64,000 bases of DNA from Pedobacter sp. (GTDB lineage Bacteria; Desulfobacterota; Desulfuromonadia; Desulfuromonadales; Syntrophotaleaceae): NCBI GenBank assembly GCA_050253415.1, contig JBFWJC010000001.1:1544679-1608678 (forward strand), given 5' to 3'. Shown here piece by piece: positions 61,671 to 64,000 of this stretch (positions are counted from its first letter, which is position 1; every line of letters starts with the position of its first letter). The translations under genes and the position numbers were made by a program. The notes under the pieces were generated by a model, which had not been told where the DNA came from, made no database searches, and saw only the letters and a list, made by a program, of their open reading frames with translations.

Positions 61671-62766
61671 ATGTTTCGTGAAGTCAATGATGTGTTGGTA
61701 ACCCTCACAAAAAAGCTCGAAGAGCTGAGGAGGTATCTTTGACGTCGATGCCAAGAAGGAGCGCATCGCCGAACTAGAGGCCGAGATGGCTCGCCCCGGT
61801 TTTTGGGATGCGGGGGATCTTGCCCAGGAAGTTCTGAAAGAACGTACCGGTCTGGAAAAGCTGGTTGCCGCCTTTGATGAGTCCCATCAAGAACTCGAAG
61901 ATCTTCAGGTGTTGTCAGAGTTGGGCGCCGAAGGAGAAGATCAGGCAACCCTGGATGAGATTTCTACTCTCCTACCTGATCTGCAACGTCGTATTGAGAA
62001 GATGGAGTTTGCGCGGATGCTCTCCGGCGAACACGATGCGTGCAACGCTATTTTCAGCATCAATGCCGGGGCCGGTGGCACCGAGGCTCAGGATTGGGCC
62101 GATATGCTGTTGCGCATGTATCTGCGGTACTTCGAAAAACGGGGATTTAAGGCGGAATTGACCGATTATCAGCCCGGAGAAGAGGCCGGTATCAAGGGCG
62201 CTACGCTTACGGTTGCTGGCGATTACGCTTATGGCTGGTTGCGCGCCGAGATCGGTATTCATCGTCTTGTGCGGATCTCGCCTTTTGATTCCAACGCGCG
62301 GCGACACACGTCTTTTTGCTCGGTTTTCGTTTTTCCGGAATTGCCGGATGATGTTGAAGTCGAAATCAATGAAAAGGACCTTAAGGTCGATACCTATAGA
62401 TCAAGCGGCGCAGGTGGGCAGCATGTCAATAAAACCGATTCGGCTATCCGCATAACCCACGTTCCGACAGGTATTGTTGTCGCGTGCCAGAACGAACGCT
62501 CACAGCACAAAAACCGGGCTACGGCGATGAAGCAACTCAAGGCGCGTTTGTATGAACTTGAAGTGCGCAAAAAGAAAGAAGAGGCTTCTGCGATTGCCGG
62601 TGAAAAGATGGAGATTGGGTGGGGCAGTCAGATTCGTTCTTATGTACTGCATCCTTACCGGATGGTAAAGGATCATCGTACCAGTTTTGAATCAGGCAAT
62701 ACCGACGCTGTCCTGGATGGTGATCTGGATGGATTTATCGAGGCTTTTCTGTTGTCAGGAAAATAG
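61671..62766 (+). CDS. prfB: Peptide chain release factor 2 (programmed +1 frameshift at 61737-61743)
   Basis: ATG 61671..AGGAGG-TAT-CTT-TGA-C, then +1 frame; SPF, GGQ, WGSQIRSY motifs. Confidence 0.97.
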
Positions 62767-62830
62767 ATATCTCACCAGGCTTGGGGCTTTTAAACGGGCC
62801 CTGAACCCTTGAGAAAGACTGGCTTTCTCC

Positions 62831-62859
62831 TTGACTTGCAGGGGACCATTGTTTAAGGT
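62831..62859 (+). promoter_or_regulatory. Putative sigma70 promoter for lysS
   Basis: TTGACT-N17-TAAGGT. Confidence 0.5.
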
Positions 62860-62898
62860 GCCTTGTTTGCCAAAATGCAAGGAAAAGGAAGGAAATCG

Positions 62899-64000
62899 AT
62901 GGAAGAATTAAACGATCTACTGCTGCAGCGCCGTGCTAAATTGGATGAATTTCGTGGAGAAGGGATCAATCCCTACGCCAACGATTTTGCCGTGACTGCC
63001 ACCACCGGGGATGTTGTTGCTGCCCACGGTGAACAGGATGGCGCAGCACTTGAAAACATTAATCATCATTATTCTCTGGCCGGGCGCATCATGGCTCGCC
63101 GGGATTTTGGCAAGGCTGCCTTTATACAGCTTCAGGACCGCAATGGCCGGCTGCAGGTGTTTGTGCGCCGTGACAATGTCGGCGAGGAAGCGTATCAGCT
63201 GTTTCGCAAGCTCGACATCGGAGACATCGTCGGTGTGTCGGGTAAGCCTTTTCGGACCAAAACCAATGAGTTGTCCCTGCGGGCCGATGCTATCCGTTTG
63301 CTGACCAAGTCGCTGCAGCCCCTGCCTGAAAAATGGCATGGCTTGACCGATGTGGAAATGCGTTATCGGCAGCGTTATCTCGATCTGATTGTTAATCCCG
63401 ATGTGCAGGCGGTATTCAAGAAGCGTAGCCAGATTGTCAGCTTGATTCGCGACTTCATGGTGAAAAACGAGTTCCTCGAGGTCGAGACGCCGATGATGCA
63501 GCCCGTTGCAGGCGGTGCCACGGCCCGTCCGTTTGTGACGCATCACAATACCCTCAAGATGGATCTGTTTTTGCGCATCGCACCGGAGCTCTACCTGAAG
63601 CGTCTTGTGGTGGGTGGCTTTGAGCGGGTCTTCGAGATCAATCGCAATTTCCGCAACGAGGGTATTTCCATTCAGCACAATCCCGAATTTACCATGATGG
63701 AATTTTATCAGGCCTATGCAACCTACGAAGACCTGATGGATTTTACCGAAAAGCTCATCTGCCATGTGGCGGAACAAGTGGTCGGTTCCCTCAAGTTTCC
63801 CTATGGCGGTCGCGAAGTTGATCTGACTGCTCCCTGGGACCGCTTGACGGTCAAGGAAGCGATCATCAAGTACGGCGAGATCGAACCGGGAGTGCTTGAG
63901 GATAAGGCCCAGTGCCTGGCCTATGCCAGGAGTCTCGGACTGGATTTTGACGACACCATCGGCTATGGCAAGTTGCTGACCGAAATCTTCGACGAGGTGG
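62899..64000 (+). CDS. lysS: Lysyl-tRNA synthetase class II (runs off the window end)
   Basis: Read by hand (absent from the ORF track): MEELNDLLLQRRAKL..AGRIM..GKAAF..LPEKWHGL..RYRQRYLDL..EVETPMM..GGATARPF..RIAPELYLKRL..FRNEG..HNPEFT. Confidence 0.96.
   Translation, partial: MEELNDLLLQRRAKLDEFRGEGINPYANDFAVTATTGDVVAAHGEQDGAALENINHHYSLAGRIMARRDFGKAAFIQLQDRNGRLQVFVRRDNVGEEAYQLFRKLDIGDIVGVSGKPFRTKTNELSLRADAIRLLTKSLQPLPEKWHGLTDVEMRYRQRYLDLIVNPDVQAVFKKRSQIVSLIRDFMVKNEFLEVETPMMQPVAGGATARPFVTHHNTLKMDLFLRIAPELYLKRLVVGGFERVFEINRNFRNEGISIQHNPEFTMMEFYQAYATYEDLMDFTEKLICHVAEQVVGSLKFPYGGREVDLTAPWDRLTVKEAIIKYGEIEPGVLEDKAQCLAYARSLGLDFDDTIGYGKLLTEIFDEV

Noticed and set aside
61235..61948. 237-aa minus-strand ORF (and nested 121-aa ORF)
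   Set aside because: Overlaps prfB antisense and its promoter; non-protein-like composition.

Overview
Chromosomal window from a Desulfuromonadales-type deltaproteobacterium (Pelobacter/Syntrophotalea/Geobacter-like; inferred from gene content and order, not from a database match). 0.1-11.1 kb: chemosensory cluster (cheA-cheW-cheR-cheB-cheD-HDOD-cheY-cheX-like-cheY-cheX, a CheC/X-pseudoreceiver fusion, and a convergent sigma54 activator with an atypical receiver). 11-48 kb: mostly housekeeping genes (typA, miaB, guaB, guaA, maf, dnaE, accA, rlpA, tgt, ftsH, eno, phoH-HD-ybeY-dgkA-corC-lnt), with a WYL regulator plus a small orphan gene, an HDOD-GGDEF cyclase and a frameshifted AT-rich GNAT gene among them. 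48-61 kb: metabolic block (amino-acid dehydrogenase, 2-oxoacid:ferredoxin oxidoreductase, two acyl-CoA ligases, XRE-cupin regulator, stand-alone trpB, EamA transporter, acylating aldehyde dehydrogenase). The window ends with prfB (programmed +1 frameshift) and a partial lysS. I saw no rRNA, intact tRNA, CRISPR array, transposase or integrase. Best leads: (1) a WYL activator whose stop codon sits inside a DriD/PafBC-geometry palindromic promoter that appears to drive an unknown 108-aa gene; (2) a CheA with a 9-Cys insert inside its first Hpt domain and an MshEN-like c-di-GMP motif; (3) a CheD whose catalytic His is replaced by Pro; (4) a putative carboxylic acid/amino acid interconversion (salvage) block.
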